From Macrostomum lignano (taxonomy: Eukaryota), in assembly GCA_002269645.1 (NCBI GenBank), contig NIVC01000350.1, forward strand, positions 496,001 through 560,000: a stretch of 64,000 bases of DNA. The letters are read 5' to 3'. Position numbers and translations under genes: made by a program. Shown one piece after another: positions 11,022-25,377 of the stretch; position 1 is the first letter of the stretch; every line of letters starts with the position of its first letter. The notes below the pieces were generated by a model. It saw nothing but the letters and a program-made list of their open reading frames with translations. It was not told where the DNA came from and did no database searches.

Positions 11022-14000
11022 CCCTTCGGGGCGCCCAATAAGAAAGGAGCAAAAATAGTTCATGGAAAACAATAAAAAAACACATTTTCTTAAACACTAA
11101 TTCCTTCTTCACATTTTAAAAATCACCTTATTCGTGTAAAATTGTCACGGACTAAGATGTTTGCAAAATTAAAAAATCACTTTTTCTCTAAAATTAACAA
11201 ACAGTCAACAAAATATCGTTTCCCTAAATAGAAAATATTCCCAAGACAGCAAGCAACCCCCTCCAAAAGTGAACAATCGCAGATAGCAAGCATCCTCTAA
11301 TGCTCATAGCAAGAATCACCACAGATAGCAAGCATCTGCAGATTAGCAAGCACCCCCCAGATATTATAGAAGCATTCTGCAGATAGCAAGCACCCCCCAG
11401 ATATTATAGAAGCATTCTGCAGATAGCAAGCACCCCCAGATAATATAGAAGCATTCTGCAGATAGCAAGCACCCCCCAGATATTATAGAAGCATCCACCC
11501 AGATAGCAAGCATTCTGCAGATAGCAAGCACCCCCAGATATTATAGAAGCATTCTGCAGATAGCAAGCACCCCCAGATATTATAGAAGCATTCTGCAGAT
11601 AGCAAGCACCCCCAGATATTATAGAAGCATTCTGCAGATAGCAAGCACCCCCAGATATTATAGAAGCATCCACCCAGATAGCAAGCATTCTGCAGATAGC
11701 AAGCACCCCCAGATATTATAGAAGCATTCTGCAGATAGCAAGCACCCCCCAGATATTATAGAAGCATCCACCCAGATAGCAAGCATCCTGCAGATAGCAA
11801 GAATCCCTAAATAGCAAGCATCCTGCAGATAGCAAGAATCCCTGAATAGCAAGCATCCCTGGATAGAAAGAATCCCATGCATGTAGCCAGTACCCCCTCT
11901 CCCAAATAGCAAGTATCCCCCCTCGAGAGCAAGCATCCACGAGACAGCAAGTAGCTAGTGCAAATGTTACTTCCGCTAATGCAATAATCGCTTTCTCAGG
12001 TTGTGCAACAATCCACGTCTCAGCGAGCGCAATAATCTCTTTTTTAGACAGCGCAGTAATCAGCTTCTCAGCTAGTGCAATAATCCTTGGTTTATTAATA
12101 GCAATAATCCTTGATTAATCAAGTGCAATAATCCTTGGTTTATCAAGTGCAATAATCCTTGGTTTATCAAGTGCAGTAATCTTTGGCTTATAAAGTGCAA
12201 TAATCCTTGGTTTATCAAGTGCAATAATCCTTTGTTTATCAAGTGCAATAATCCTTGGTTTATCAAGTGCAATAATCCTTGGTTTATTAAGTGCAATAAT
12301 CCTTGGTTTATTAAGTGCAATAATCCTTGGTTTATCTAGCGCAGTAATCCTTGGCTTATCAGGTGCAATAATCCTTGGTTTATCAAGTGCAATATTTGTT
12401 TATCAAGTGCAATAATCCTTGGTTTATCAAGTGAAATAATCCTTGGTTTATCAAGTGCAATAATCCTTGGCTTATCAACTGCAATAATCCTTGGTTTATC
12501 AAGCGCAGTAATCCTTGGCCTATCAAGTGCAATAATCCTTGGTTTATCAAGTGCAATAATCCTTGGTTTATCAAGTGTAATAATCCTTGGTTTATCAAGT
12601 GCAATAATCCTTGGCTTATCAACTGCAATAATCCTTGGTTTATCAAGTGCAATAATCCTTGGTTTATCAAGCGCAGTAATCCTTGGCCTATCAAGTGCAA
12701 TAATCCTTGGCTTATCAAGTGCAATAATCCTTGGTTTATCAAGTGCAATAATCCTTGGTTTATCAAGTGCAGTAATCCTTAGTTTTCCAAGTGCAGTAAT
12801 CCTTGGTTTATTAAGAGCAATAATCCTTGGTTTATCGAGTGGAGTAGTCCTTGGTTTATTAATATCAATAATCCTTGAATAATCCAGTGCATTAATCCTT
12901 GGCTTATCAAGTGCAACATTCTTTACTATCAAGTGCAATAATCCATGGCTTATCAAGTGCAATAATCCTTGGCTTATCAAGTGCAATAATCCTTGGTTTA
13001 TCAAGTGCAATAATCCTTTGTTTATCAAGTGCAATAATCCTTTGTTTATCAAGTGCAATAATCCTTTGTTTATCAAGTGCAATAATCCTTGGTTTATCAA
13101 GCGCAGTAATCCTTGGCTTATCAAGTGCAATAATCCTTGGTTTATCAAGTGCAATAATCCTTGGTTTATCAAGCGCAGTAATCTTTGGCCTATCAAGTGC
13201 AATAATCCTTGGTTTATCAAGTGCAGTAATCCTTGGCCTATCAAGTGCAATATTCCTTGGTTTATCAAGTGCAATAGTCCTTGGTTTATCGAGTGCAGTA
13301 ATCCTTGGTTTTCCAAGTGCAATAATCCTTGGCTTCTTGAGTGCAGTAATCCTTGGTTTGCCAAGAGCAATAGTCCTTGGTTTATCGAGTGCAGTAATCC
13401 TTGGTTTTCCAAGTGCAGTAATCCTTGGTTTATTAATAGCAATAATCCTTGGCTTCTTGAGTGCAGTAATCCTTGGTTTGCCAAGAGCAATAGTCCTTGG
13501 TTTATCGAGTGCAGTAATCCTTGGTTTTCCAAGTGCAATAATCCTTGGCTTCCTGAGTGCAGTAATCCTTGGTTTTCCAAGAGCAATAGTCCTTGGTTTA
13601 TCGAGTGCAGTAATCCTTGGTTTTCCAAGTGCAGTAATCCTTGGTTTATTAATAGCAATAATCCTTGGCTTCTTGAGTGCAGTAATCCTTGGTTTGCCAA
13701 GAGCAATAGTCCTTGGTTTATCGAGTGCAGTAGTCCTTGGTTTATTAATAGCAATAATCCTTGGCTTATCGAGTGCAGTAATCTAAGTGTTTTTATTTAG
13801 TCCTTTAAAATAAAACCTTTTAATAAAAAAATTTACACTACTACTTTTAAACTACTTAGATTCGAACCTAGGTCGCTGCATTAGCAGTCTGGTCTGTTCA
13901 GCTCTAGGCTAGCTCTCATCGAAGTTATCAGTGATGTTGTACCACTTATATAATTCAACACTCACACCAAGTCAGGTAGAGTAAAAAGTCTCACGAAGCA

Positions 14001-14469
14001 GTTATGACATAATCAATTTCTTAGGCAAGTCAGTACCAGTGTCTATGAAAGTTTACAATATGGTTACGTAATATAAATTCAGTACTGCGCTATGCTTTCA
14101 CACTCAAAGCTGTGACGCAATTCAATTGAGTGTCAAATTCAGCCAGTACACAGACGATAAATAAAGTGTATTGTGATGCAATCTATTTCAGAATCAGAAT
14201 TCAACCAGTCAGTTTTTCTGCTAGCATTCTTACGATGCATTTCAAGTCGAAAGAGCTGCTTGACCTTTGCAAAAAAGCATGTTTTTCGAATATTTAATCC
14301 CTTTAGCATCAAGCAATTTCTTAGCCACGATGCATGTACTGTCACGGGAAAATTTCTGATCGAACAGTGCAAGTTCGAAGAAAATCGGTTGAGCCGTTTT
14401 TGCTAAAATCGATCACACACACACACATACACACACACACATACCGACAGACCATTTTTAGTATATGGA
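11022..14469 (-). mobile_element. Non-autonomous Helitron, copy L of a head-to-tail dimer; carries a GATAGCAAGCA-type array (~11260-11940) and a 24-bp array (12070-13785)
   Basis: The minus strand starts TCCATATACTAAAAATGG with a (TG)n tract and ends with hairpin GGCGCCCC-GAA-GGGGGGCC, 15 nt, then CTAG followed by T (plus 11021-11025 a|ctag). No RepHel ORF. Confidence 0.8.
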
Positions 14470-17400
14470 CTAGCAATCTAGTGCGGCCCCCCTTCGGGGC
14501 GCCCAATAAGAAAGGAGCAAAAATAGTTCATGGAAAACAATAAAAAAACACATTTTCTTAAACACTAATTCCTTCTTCACATTTTAAAAATCACCTTATT
14601 CGTGTAAAATTGTCACGGACTAAGATGTTTGCAAAATTAAAAAATCACTTTTTCTCTAAAATTAACAAACAGTCAACAAAATATCGTTTCCCTAAATAGA
14701 AAATATTCCCAAGACAGCAAGCAACCCCCTCCAAAAGTGAACAATCGCAGATAGCAAGCATCCTCTAATGCTCATAGCAAGAATCACCACAGATAGCAAG
14801 CATCTGCAGATTAGCAAGCACCCCCCAGATATTATAGAAGCATCCACCCAGATAGCAAGCATCCACCCAGATAGCAAGCATTCTGCAGATATCAAGCACC
14901 CCCAGATATTATAGAAGCATCCACCCAGATAGCAAGCATCCTGCACATAGCAAGAATCCCTAAATAGCAAGCATCCTGCAGATAGCAAGAATCCCTGAAT
15001 AGCAAGCATCCCTGGATAGAAAGAATCCCATGCATGTAGCCAGTACCCCCTCTCCCAAATAGCAAGTATCCCCCAGATATTATAGAAGCATCCACCCAGA
15101 TAGCAAGCATCCTGCAGATAGCAAGAATCCCTAAATAGCAAGCATCCTGCAGATAGCAAGAATCCCTGAATAGCAAGCATCCCTGGATAGAAAGAATCCC
15201 ATGCATGTAGCCAGTACCCCCTCTCCCAAATAGCAAGTATCCCCCCTCGAGAGCAAGCATCCACGAGACAGCAAGTAGCTAGTGCAAATGTTACTTCCGC
15301 TAATGCAATAATCGCTTTCTCAGGTTGTGCAACAATCCACGTCTCAGCGAGCGCAATAATCTCTTTTTTAGACAGCGCAGTAATCAGCTTCTCAGCTAGT
15401 GCAATAATCCTTGGTTTATTAATAGCAATAATCCTTGATTAATCAAGTGCAATAATCCTTGGTTTATCAAGTGCAATAATCCTTGGTTTATCAAGTGCAG
15501 TAATCTTTGGCTTATAAAGTGCAATAATCCTTGGTTTATCAAGTGCAATAATCCTTTGTTTATCAAGTGCAATAATCCTTGGTTTATCAAGTGCAATAAT
15601 CCTTGGTTTATTAAGTGCAATAATCCTTGGTTTATCAAGTGCAATAATCCTTGGTTTATCTAGCGCAGTAATCCTTGGCTTATCAGGTGCAATAATCCTT
15701 GGTTTATCAAGTGCAATATTTGTTTATCAAGTGCAATAATCCTTGGTTTATCAAGTGAAATAATCCTTGGTTTATCAAGTGCAATAATCCTTGGCTTATC
15801 AACTGCAATAATCCTTGGTTTATCAAGCGCAGTAATCTTTGGCCTATCAAGTGCAATAATCCTTGGTTTATCAAGTGCAATAATCCTTGGCTTATCAACT
15901 GCAATAATCCTTGGTTTATCAAGCGCAGTAATCCTTGGCCTATCAAGTGCAATAATCCTTGGCTTATCAAGTGCAATAATCCTTGGTTTATCAAGTGCAA
16001 TAATCCTTGGTTTATCAAGTGCAGTAATCCTTGGCCTATCAAGTGCAATAATCCTTGGTTTGCCAAGAGCAATAATCCTTAGTTTATCGAGTGCAGTAAT
16101 CCTTAGTTTTCCAAGTGCAGTAATCCTTGGTTTATTAAGAGCAATAATCCTTGGCTTATCGAGTGCAGTAATCCTTGGTTTGCCAAGAGCAATAATCCTT
16201 GGTTTATCAAGTGCAATAATCCTTGGTTTATCAAGTGCAATAATCCTTGGTTTATCAAGTGCAATAATCCTTGGTTTATCAGATGCAATAATCCTTGGCT
16301 TATCAACTGCAATAATCCTTGGTTTATCAGATGCAATAATCCTTGGCTTATCAACTGCAATAATCCTTGGTTTATCAAGTGCAATAATCCTTGGTTTATC
16401 AAGCGCAGTAATCTTTGGCCTATCAAGTGCAATAATCCTTGGTTTATCAAGTGCAATAATCCTTGGTTTATCAAGTGCAATAATCTTTGGTTTATCAGAT
16501 GCAATAATCCTTGGCTTATCAACTGCAATAATCCTTGGTTTATCAAGTGCAATAATCCTTGGCTTATCAAGTGCAATAATCCTTGGTTTATCAAGTGCAG
16601 TAATCCTTGGCCTATCAAGTGCAATAATCCTTGGTTTATCAAGTGCAATAGTCTTTGGTTTATCGAGTGCAGTAATCCTTAGTTTTCCAAGTGCAGTAAT
16701 CCTTGGCTTATTAAGAGCAATAATCCTTGGTTTATCGAGTGCAGTAGTCCTTGGTTTATTAATATCAATAATCCTTGAATAATCCAGTGCATTAATCCTT
16801 GGCTTATCAAGTGCAACATTCTTTACTATCAAGTGCAATAATCCATGGCTTATCAAGTGCAATAATCCTTGGCTTATCAAGTGCAATAATCCTTGGTTTA
16901 TCAAGTGCAATAATCCTTTGTTTATCAAGTGCAATAATCCTTTGTTTATCAAGTGCAATAATCCTTTGTTTATCAAGTGCAATAATCCTTGGTTTATCAA
17001 GCGCAGTAATCCTTGGCTTATCAAGTGCAATAATCCTTGGTTTATCAAGTGCAATAATCCTTGGTTTATCAAGCGCAGTAATCTTTGGCCTATCAAGTGC
17101 AATAGTCCTTGGTTTATCGAGTGCAGTAATCCTTGGTTTTCCAAGTGCAATAATCCTTGGCTTCTTGAGTGCAGTAATCCTTGGTTTGCCAAGAGCAATA
17201 GTCCTTGGTTTATCGAGTGCAGTAATCCTTGGTTTTCCAAGTGCAGTAATCCTTGGTTTATTAATAGCAATAATCCTTGGCTTCTTGAGTGCAGTAATCC
17301 TTGGTTTGCCAAGAGCAATAGTCCTTGGTTTATCGAGTGCATTAATCCTTGGTTTTCCAAGTGCAATAATTCTTGGCTTCTTGAGTGCAGTAATCCTTGG

Positions 17401-18394
17401 TTTGCCAAGAGCAATAGTCCTTGGTTTATCGAGTGCAGTAATCCTTGGTTTTCCAAGTGCCGTAATCCTTGGTTTATTAATAGCAATAATCCTTGATTAA
17501 TCAAGTGCAGTAATCTTTGGTTTGCCAAGAGCAATAGTCCTTGGTTTATCGAGTGCAGTAGTCCTTGGTTTATTAATAGCAATAATCCTTGGCTTCTTGA
17601 GTGCAGTAATCCTTGGTTTGCCAAGAGCAATAGTCCTTGGTTTATCGAGTGCAGTAGTCCTTGGTTTATTAATAGCAATAATCCTTGGCTTATCGAGTGC
17701 AGTAATCTAAGTGTTTTTATTTAGTCCTTTAAAATAAAACCTTTTAATAAAAAATTTTACACTACTACTTTTAAACTACTTAGATTCGAACCTAGGTCGC
17801 TGCATTAGCAGTCTGGTCTGTTCAGCTCTAGGCTAGCTCTCATCGAAGTTATCAGTGATGTTGTACCACTTATATAATTCAACACTCACACCAAGTCAGG
17901 TAGAGTAAAAAGTCTCACGAAGCAGTTATGACATAATCAATTTCTTAGGCAAGTCAGTACCAGTGTCTATGAAAGTTTACAATATGGTTACGTAATATAA
18001 ATTCAGTACTGCGCTATGCTTTCACACTCAAAGCTGTGACGCAATTCAATTGAGTGTCAAATTCAGCCAGTACACAGACGATAAATAAAGTGTATTGTGA
18101 TGCAATCTATTTCAGAATCAGAATTCAACCAGTCAGTTTTTCTGCTAGCATTCTTACGATGCATTTCAAGTCGAAAGAGCTGCTTGACCTTTGCAAAAAA
18201 GCATGTTTTTCGAATATTTAATCCCTTTAGCATCAAGCAATTTCTTAGCCACGATGCATGTACTGTCACGGGAAAATTTCTGATCGAACAGTGCAAGTTC
18301 GAAGAAAATCGGTTGAGCCGTTTTTGCTAAAATCGATCACACACACACACATACACACACACACATACCGACAGACCATTTTTAGTATATTGGA
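14470..18394 (-). mobile_element. Non-autonomous Helitron, copy R of the dimer; arrays ~14710-15265 and 15395-17709
   Basis: Non-array segments are nearly identical to copy L (13787-14465 vs 17711-18389; 11022-11260 vs 14470-14710). The junction reads ...GATTGCTAG|TCCATATAC on the minus strand. Confidence 0.8.
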
Positions 18395-18471
18395 GGATGC
18401 CTTAACAAAGTCTTATCCAGATGCTATGCCTAGAACTCCATCAGTAAAGTTCATAGCAATAGTCATTGAAA

Positions 18472-18708
18472 AGTCTCCAATCCGGATTCTAGGCCTGGGG
18501 CTCCTTGGCTACAATTGTAGCGAGCAGCTCTGCCAGCCGCAGCAAAGACCTTAGTCTCCAATCCGGATTCTAGGCCTGAGGCTCCCTGGCTACAATTGTA
18601 GTGAGCAGCTCTGCCAGCCGCAGCAAAGACCTTAGTCTCCAATCCGGATTCTAGGCCTGAGGCTCCTTGGCCAAAATTGTAGTGAGCAGCTCTGCCAGCC
18701 GCAGCAAA
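18472..18708. repeat. Three tandem copies of an 81-bp unit
   Basis: agtctccaatccggattctaggcctg... starts at 18472, 18553 and 18634. Confidence 0.9.
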
Positions 18709-19310
18709 GGAGGCACCGGTGCTCGTAGGCCTCTGTTTGCCCGGAATTCCACGCCAGTTTCACGCTCTGTTTGACGTCACCGCCTGCCACTCAGCCCGGG
18801 CCAGCCTGTCGGCTTTCATTGATTTTGCAATTCTCCTGCTTCTACGTAGAAGAAAGCTGGAACACAGAAATGTCTACGAAAGATGCGAAAGATGTAAATG
18901 GGGAGTGCGGAGAGACTGGGAAGCTGAGAAGCTCCGCTCTTTGGGGAAGAAACTACGGTATTGCAACAAGGGGGGTGGTTGCAAACAGAGGATCTGAGTA
19001 GCATAGGGAGATGGAAGAGTAGATAAAGTAGATAAGAAGGTATTGACTTAAAAAAGTGCACACCAAGCATCAGGAGGTTACTGTTGCAGCAGCATTCCAC
19101 TACAAAAGCAGTTTATATAAAAGGTGGAACAGCAGCAGTGAACTTTAAGAGCTAATATTCGGCCATTGTTACTGACTATATATAGCCGTCCATTCCGATC
19201 ATGCTAACTCTGGATTGACAGTTGACTCCTTCGATTGCAAAAATGGGGACCGTTAGAAAAAAGTTCTAAGAATTTCCGGTCAGGGGCTACTAAATTTGTT
19301 TTCACCCGTA

Positions 19311-19393
19311 CTCTGTCTGTCTGTCTGTCTGCCTGTCTTATTTTCTGTCTGTCTGTCTTATTGTCTGTCTGTCTTAGTGTCTGTCTGTCTTAG

Positions 19394-19430
<37 letters not shown>

Positions 19431-20889
19431 TAGTGTCTGTCTGTCTTAGTGTCTGTCTGTCTGTCTTAGTGTCTGTCTGTCTTAGTGTCTGTCTGTCTTA
19501 GTGTCTGTCTGTCTGTCTTAGTGTCTGTCTGTCTGTCTTAGTGTCTGTCTGTCTTAGTGTCTGTCTGTCTGTCTTAGTGTCTGTCTGTCTGTCTTAGTGT
19601 CTGTCTGTCTGTCTGTCTGTCTGCCTGTCTTATTTTCTGTCTGTCTGTCTTATTGTCTGTCTGTCTTAGTGTCTGTCTGTCTTAGTGTCTGTCTGTCTTA
19701 GACTCTGTCTGTCTTAGTGTCTGTCTGTCTGTCTTAGTGTCTGTCTGTCTTAGTGTCTGTCTGTCTTAGTGTCTGTCTGTCTTAGTGTCTGTCTGTCTTA
19801 GTGTCTGTCTGTCTTAGTGTCTGTCTGTCTGTCTTAGTGTCTGTCTGTCTGTCTGTCTGCCTGTCTTATTTTCTGTCTGTCTGTCTTATTGTCTGTCTGT
19901 CTTAGTGTTTGTCTGTCTGTCTGTCTGCCTGTCTTATTTTCTGTCTGTCTGTCTTATTGTCTGTCTGTCTTAGTGTCTGTCTGTCTTAGTGTCTGTCTGT
20001 CTTAGTGTCTGTCTGTCTGTCTTAGTGTCTGTCTGTCTTAGTGTCTGTCTGTCTTAGTGTCTGTCTGTCTTAGTGTCTGTCTGTCTTAGTGTCTGTCTGT
20101 CTGTCTTAGTGTCTGTCTGTCTTAGTGTCTGTCTGTCTTAGTGTCTGTCTGTCTGTCTTAGTGTCTGTCTGTCTGTCTTAGTGTCTGTCTGTCTTAGTGT
20201 CTGTCTGTCTGTCTTAGTGTCTGTCTGTCTGTCTTAGTGTCTGTCTGTCTGTCTGTCTGTCTGCCTGTCTTATTTTCTGTCTGTCTGTCTTATTGTCTGT
20301 CTGTCTTAGTGTCTGTCTGTCTTAGTGTCTGTCTGTCTTAGACTCTGTCTGTCTTAGTGTCTGTCTGTCTGTCTTAGTGTCTGTCTGTCTTAGTGTCTGT
20401 CTGTCTTAGTGTCTGTCTGTCTTAGTGTCTGTCTGTCTTAGTGTCTGTCTGTCTTAGTGTCTGTCTGTCTGTCTTAGTGTCTGTCTGTCTGTCTGTCTGC
20501 CTGTCTTATTTTCTGTCTGTCTGTCTTATTGTCTGTCTGTCTTAGTGTTTGTCTGTCTGTCTGTCTGCCTGTCTTATTTTCTGTCTGTCTGTCTTATTGT
20601 CTGTCTGTCTTAGTGTCTGTCTGTCTTAGTGTCTGTCTGTCTTAGTGTCTGTCTGTCTGTCTTAGTGTCTGTCTGTCTTAGTGTCTGTCTGTCTTAGTGT
20701 CTGTCTGTCTTAGTGTCTGTCTGTCTTAGTGTCTGTCTGTCTGTCTTAGTGTCTGTCTGTCTTAGTGTCTGTCTGTCTGTCTTAGTGTCTGTCTGTCTTA
20801 GTGTCTGTCTGTCTGTCTTAGTGTCTGTCTGTCTGTCTGTCTGCCTGTCTTATTGTCTGTCTGTCTTAGTGTCTGTCTGTCTGTCTTAG

Positions 20890-20922
<33 letters not shown>

Positions 20923-20957
20923 TATTTTCTGTCTGTCTGTCTGTCTGTCTGTCTGTA

Positions 20958-20998
<41 letters not shown>

Positions 20999-21001
20999 GC
21001 C

Positions 21002-21054
<53 letters not shown>

Positions 21055-21176
21055 GCCTGTCTGTCTGTCTGTCTTATTGTCTGTCTGGCTGTCTGTCTGT
21101 CTGTCTGTCTGACTTAGTGTCTCTCTGTCTGTCTGCCTGCCTGCCTACCTGCCTGCCTGCCTGCCTGGCTGCCTGG

Positions 21177-21254
<78 letters not shown>

Positions 21255-21255
21255 A

Positions 21256-21343
<88 letters not shown>

Positions 21344-21345
21344 CC
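19311..21345. repeat. Compound microsatellite: (GTCT)n punctuated by CTTAGT, switching to (GCCT)n near 21130
   Basis: Direct reading; rare variants recur 640 bp apart. Confidence 0.97.
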
Positions 21346-21689
21346 CAAAAGAAAGCGAAAGCAGCAAGCCTTTGGAATAGCAAAAGGCAAAGCTGTTAGG
21401 AATTGCAGTTTTAAAACAGCCAAAACTGCAGTGCATGCTGCAACTACTTTTCAGTTGGCTCAAAGCAGCATTTTGGTTTCTTAACTCAGAATTTGTACCT
21501 GTACGCTCGTATCAATGCAGCTTTTTGTTACAGCAGGAGGCAAAAAGTTTGAAAATTTCCCGTGGAACTCGTTGGCTTGACTGAAAGCAGTTTCGCGATA
21601 TCGGATTTTTCTCATTTTTTTCCAAGTTTTTTGTAACAAATCTAGTGTAGATGCAGCTATATGACTGCGACATTATCTGCTCTGTGACG

Positions 21690-22300
21690 ACAGCTGCGTT
21701 CTGGTTCCGCGTCGAAGCTCCCGGCACCCTGAAGTGACGCTGCCTGCTCTCGCGTACGCCGATGATATTATCGCTCCTGTGTCGCGGCTCCTGACTGCTC
21801 AGCGCGCCCTGCCTAGACTTCTGCGAGGAGAGCGCCTCGGCTTTGACAATGCGCCTACACTGACCTGCCGAACCGAGGTGTTATCTCTGAGTGCGAGAGG
21901 ACTTCAGCTACTTCGGCTCCATGGTGCTGAATCCAGGAGGTCCCAGGCCTGGCGAGCAGCGCACCAGCTCAGGAGCTTCTTCAACTCCGCCAGGAGGGAA
22001 CTTCTGAACGTACGGCATTAAAGGCCGTGCTAATGACCAGAGCGAGAGAGCAATCGATGGACGCACTCTACAGGTCCTTAGCTGCTGCGGTACGCTCTGG
22101 ATGTGCGTAATCCCGAGATACTGTCGTCCAGAGACCCGATGAGGCGGGCTCGCGTTCCAGCCCTGCTTCAGTGTCACACAAAGCCAGAGACGCCAGATGT
22201 TGCTGGGCCACTGCCTGAGGAGCCACGAGTGCAGCGATCAGAACCCGCTGGTGCTGACTCTCCTGCATCGGCCGACTGGCCAAGGGCGAACTGTCACACT
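21690..22300 (+). mobile_element. Degenerate non-LTR retrotransposon (RTE-X-like) RT C-terminal region
   Basis: RRSSRHPEVTLPALAYADDI (YADD RT motif), RSQAWRAAHQLRSFF and RRRQMLLGHCLR, spread across shifted frames. Confidence 0.75.
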
Positions 22301-23299
22301 GTTAAAAAATTGTCACTGAGTCCGGTGCGGCCTGACCCTCGCGTAGTTGTATTGCGTTAGCGTAAATTTCGTAATTACAACTCGTATGTGTGGAAGGCCT
22401 CTCTCTTCCTTGTTTTTATTTTACTCGAAAATTATAAAAATTTAATGCATTTTAAATCCTCGCGAATCTAAGCAAACTTTTTGTTTAACTACTCATATTT
22501 TCCAAAATATTTTCCCGATTTAATTTTTGTTTTAAATAGTCAAGAAAAATAGTATAAATAGACGCGAATTCAGCGGCGGAAGAGACAACCTCGCCCACCG
22601 TGATTCGATAAGAAAGAAGGAAGTTGTAATTTAAGATTGTTTTTCCAAGTTAATTCATTTTATAACGAAGTGAAGTAGAAGGACGATATACCGTATATGC
22701 TACTGAGAAATAGAGAACCAGAAGGGAGGAAGACGAAGTAGATCTCGAAGCAGACTTATAGAATATCGAGGCCGTGACCCTCTGATCTCAGAAACGCCTA
22801 GAACTATAAAGAATATACACGCAACGTACATACCAGTAGTAATAATAGTAATATACCGCTCAGGCCAAATTTGCATATAACTCTACCAGAATAACAGTGA
22901 GAACGCTACCAGTATAGAGTAGAAACGCTACCGATATAAGGGATAACCAGTGCTCAGAAAAATACTCAGAATATTACTCAAAATACTCAGATAAATACTC
23001 AGACTTATACTTTGACCATTACTCAGACTAATACTCAGACTAATTCTAAGAAAGTACAGATTTAGCCCTTTCACAACTTGGTGACAGCTTTTTAGGATAT
23101 TTTGCAAAGACAGAAGCAAAACCCCTCTGTGACATATGCGACCTCTACTGCTTTCAGTAGTAAGGTGCATTTGTCATTTGGTTAACAATTTTAACAAGGC
23201 TGTGCATTTAATTGAGCAAACCAGTTCATGAGGACTGAGAAGTAACAGTGGCAGCTTTAATCAAACTGTAGCCAGAACCCTCCACTCTCCCCTCACCAG

Positions 23300-23445
23300 C
23301 CTACGCCAGCGCCTTGTTGACGCAAATTTTGAATCGCCCACAGTTGAGACAAGAACCGCGGGTGTTGGTGTGAATTGTGTCACTCGGGACTGAGATCTGA
23401 GAACAGTTGACCACTGTTTTCGGGGTTGAAATTTTACGTAACATG
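23300..23445 (-). repeat. Unclassified ~140-bp dispersed repeat, copy 2
   Basis: Reverse complement aligns with 5735-5876 (roughly three-quarters identity by eye). Confidence 0.75.
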
Positions 23446-23921
23446 TTGGCGAGTGTACATCTGCAGTGTAGAAGAAAATGAACACCTATGTTTTCTCAAG
23501 TCTATGTTCCTCAGCTAAGCACAAGTTGAAGATAGCTAATACGAACCGTTGAATAAATAAAATTCTATTTTAGCTACGAGCGTATTTAGTCCGATGTACA
23601 GTACTGCAAGAAAAAGTATTTTTAATCCCTATTTTTTCAGACAAGTAAAGAAAGAGAAGCAATACTTTTATGGCATGAACTTCTTCATTCGAATGAGAAG
23701 TATTAGAAATTGCGAAATCGAGAAAATTTCTGTGATGATCAATCACAACAATGGAATTAATTGGCTCGCATCAAAGTCTACAACGGTTGCCAAAGTTAGT
23801 TCTTCTCTGCTCCATAGCTGCAAAACCTTCAATTTGGATCATTTCAGTCAGGCTTCCTGTGCGAGCGTAGGTTCAATTGCGTGTGAAGATTAACAATGGA
23901 ATGCCTGGCAGAATTATATTT

Positions 23922-25377
<1,456 letters not shown>

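Noticed and set aside
12072-17710. Long ORFs of up to 672 aa on both strands (LHLINQGL / LSSAIILG / DKPRIIAL repeats)
   Set aside because: They are translations of a 24-bp minisatellite that lacks stops in several frames. They are open on both strands, contain no domain and lie inside a non-autonomous element.
18719-19100. Overlapping short ORFs near 18.7-19.1 kb
   Set aside because: No homology recognised and no consistent exon chain could be built
22300-23470. Possible CACTA-like element starting CACACTGTTAAAAAA
   Set aside because: No convincing matching inverted terminus or TSD was found
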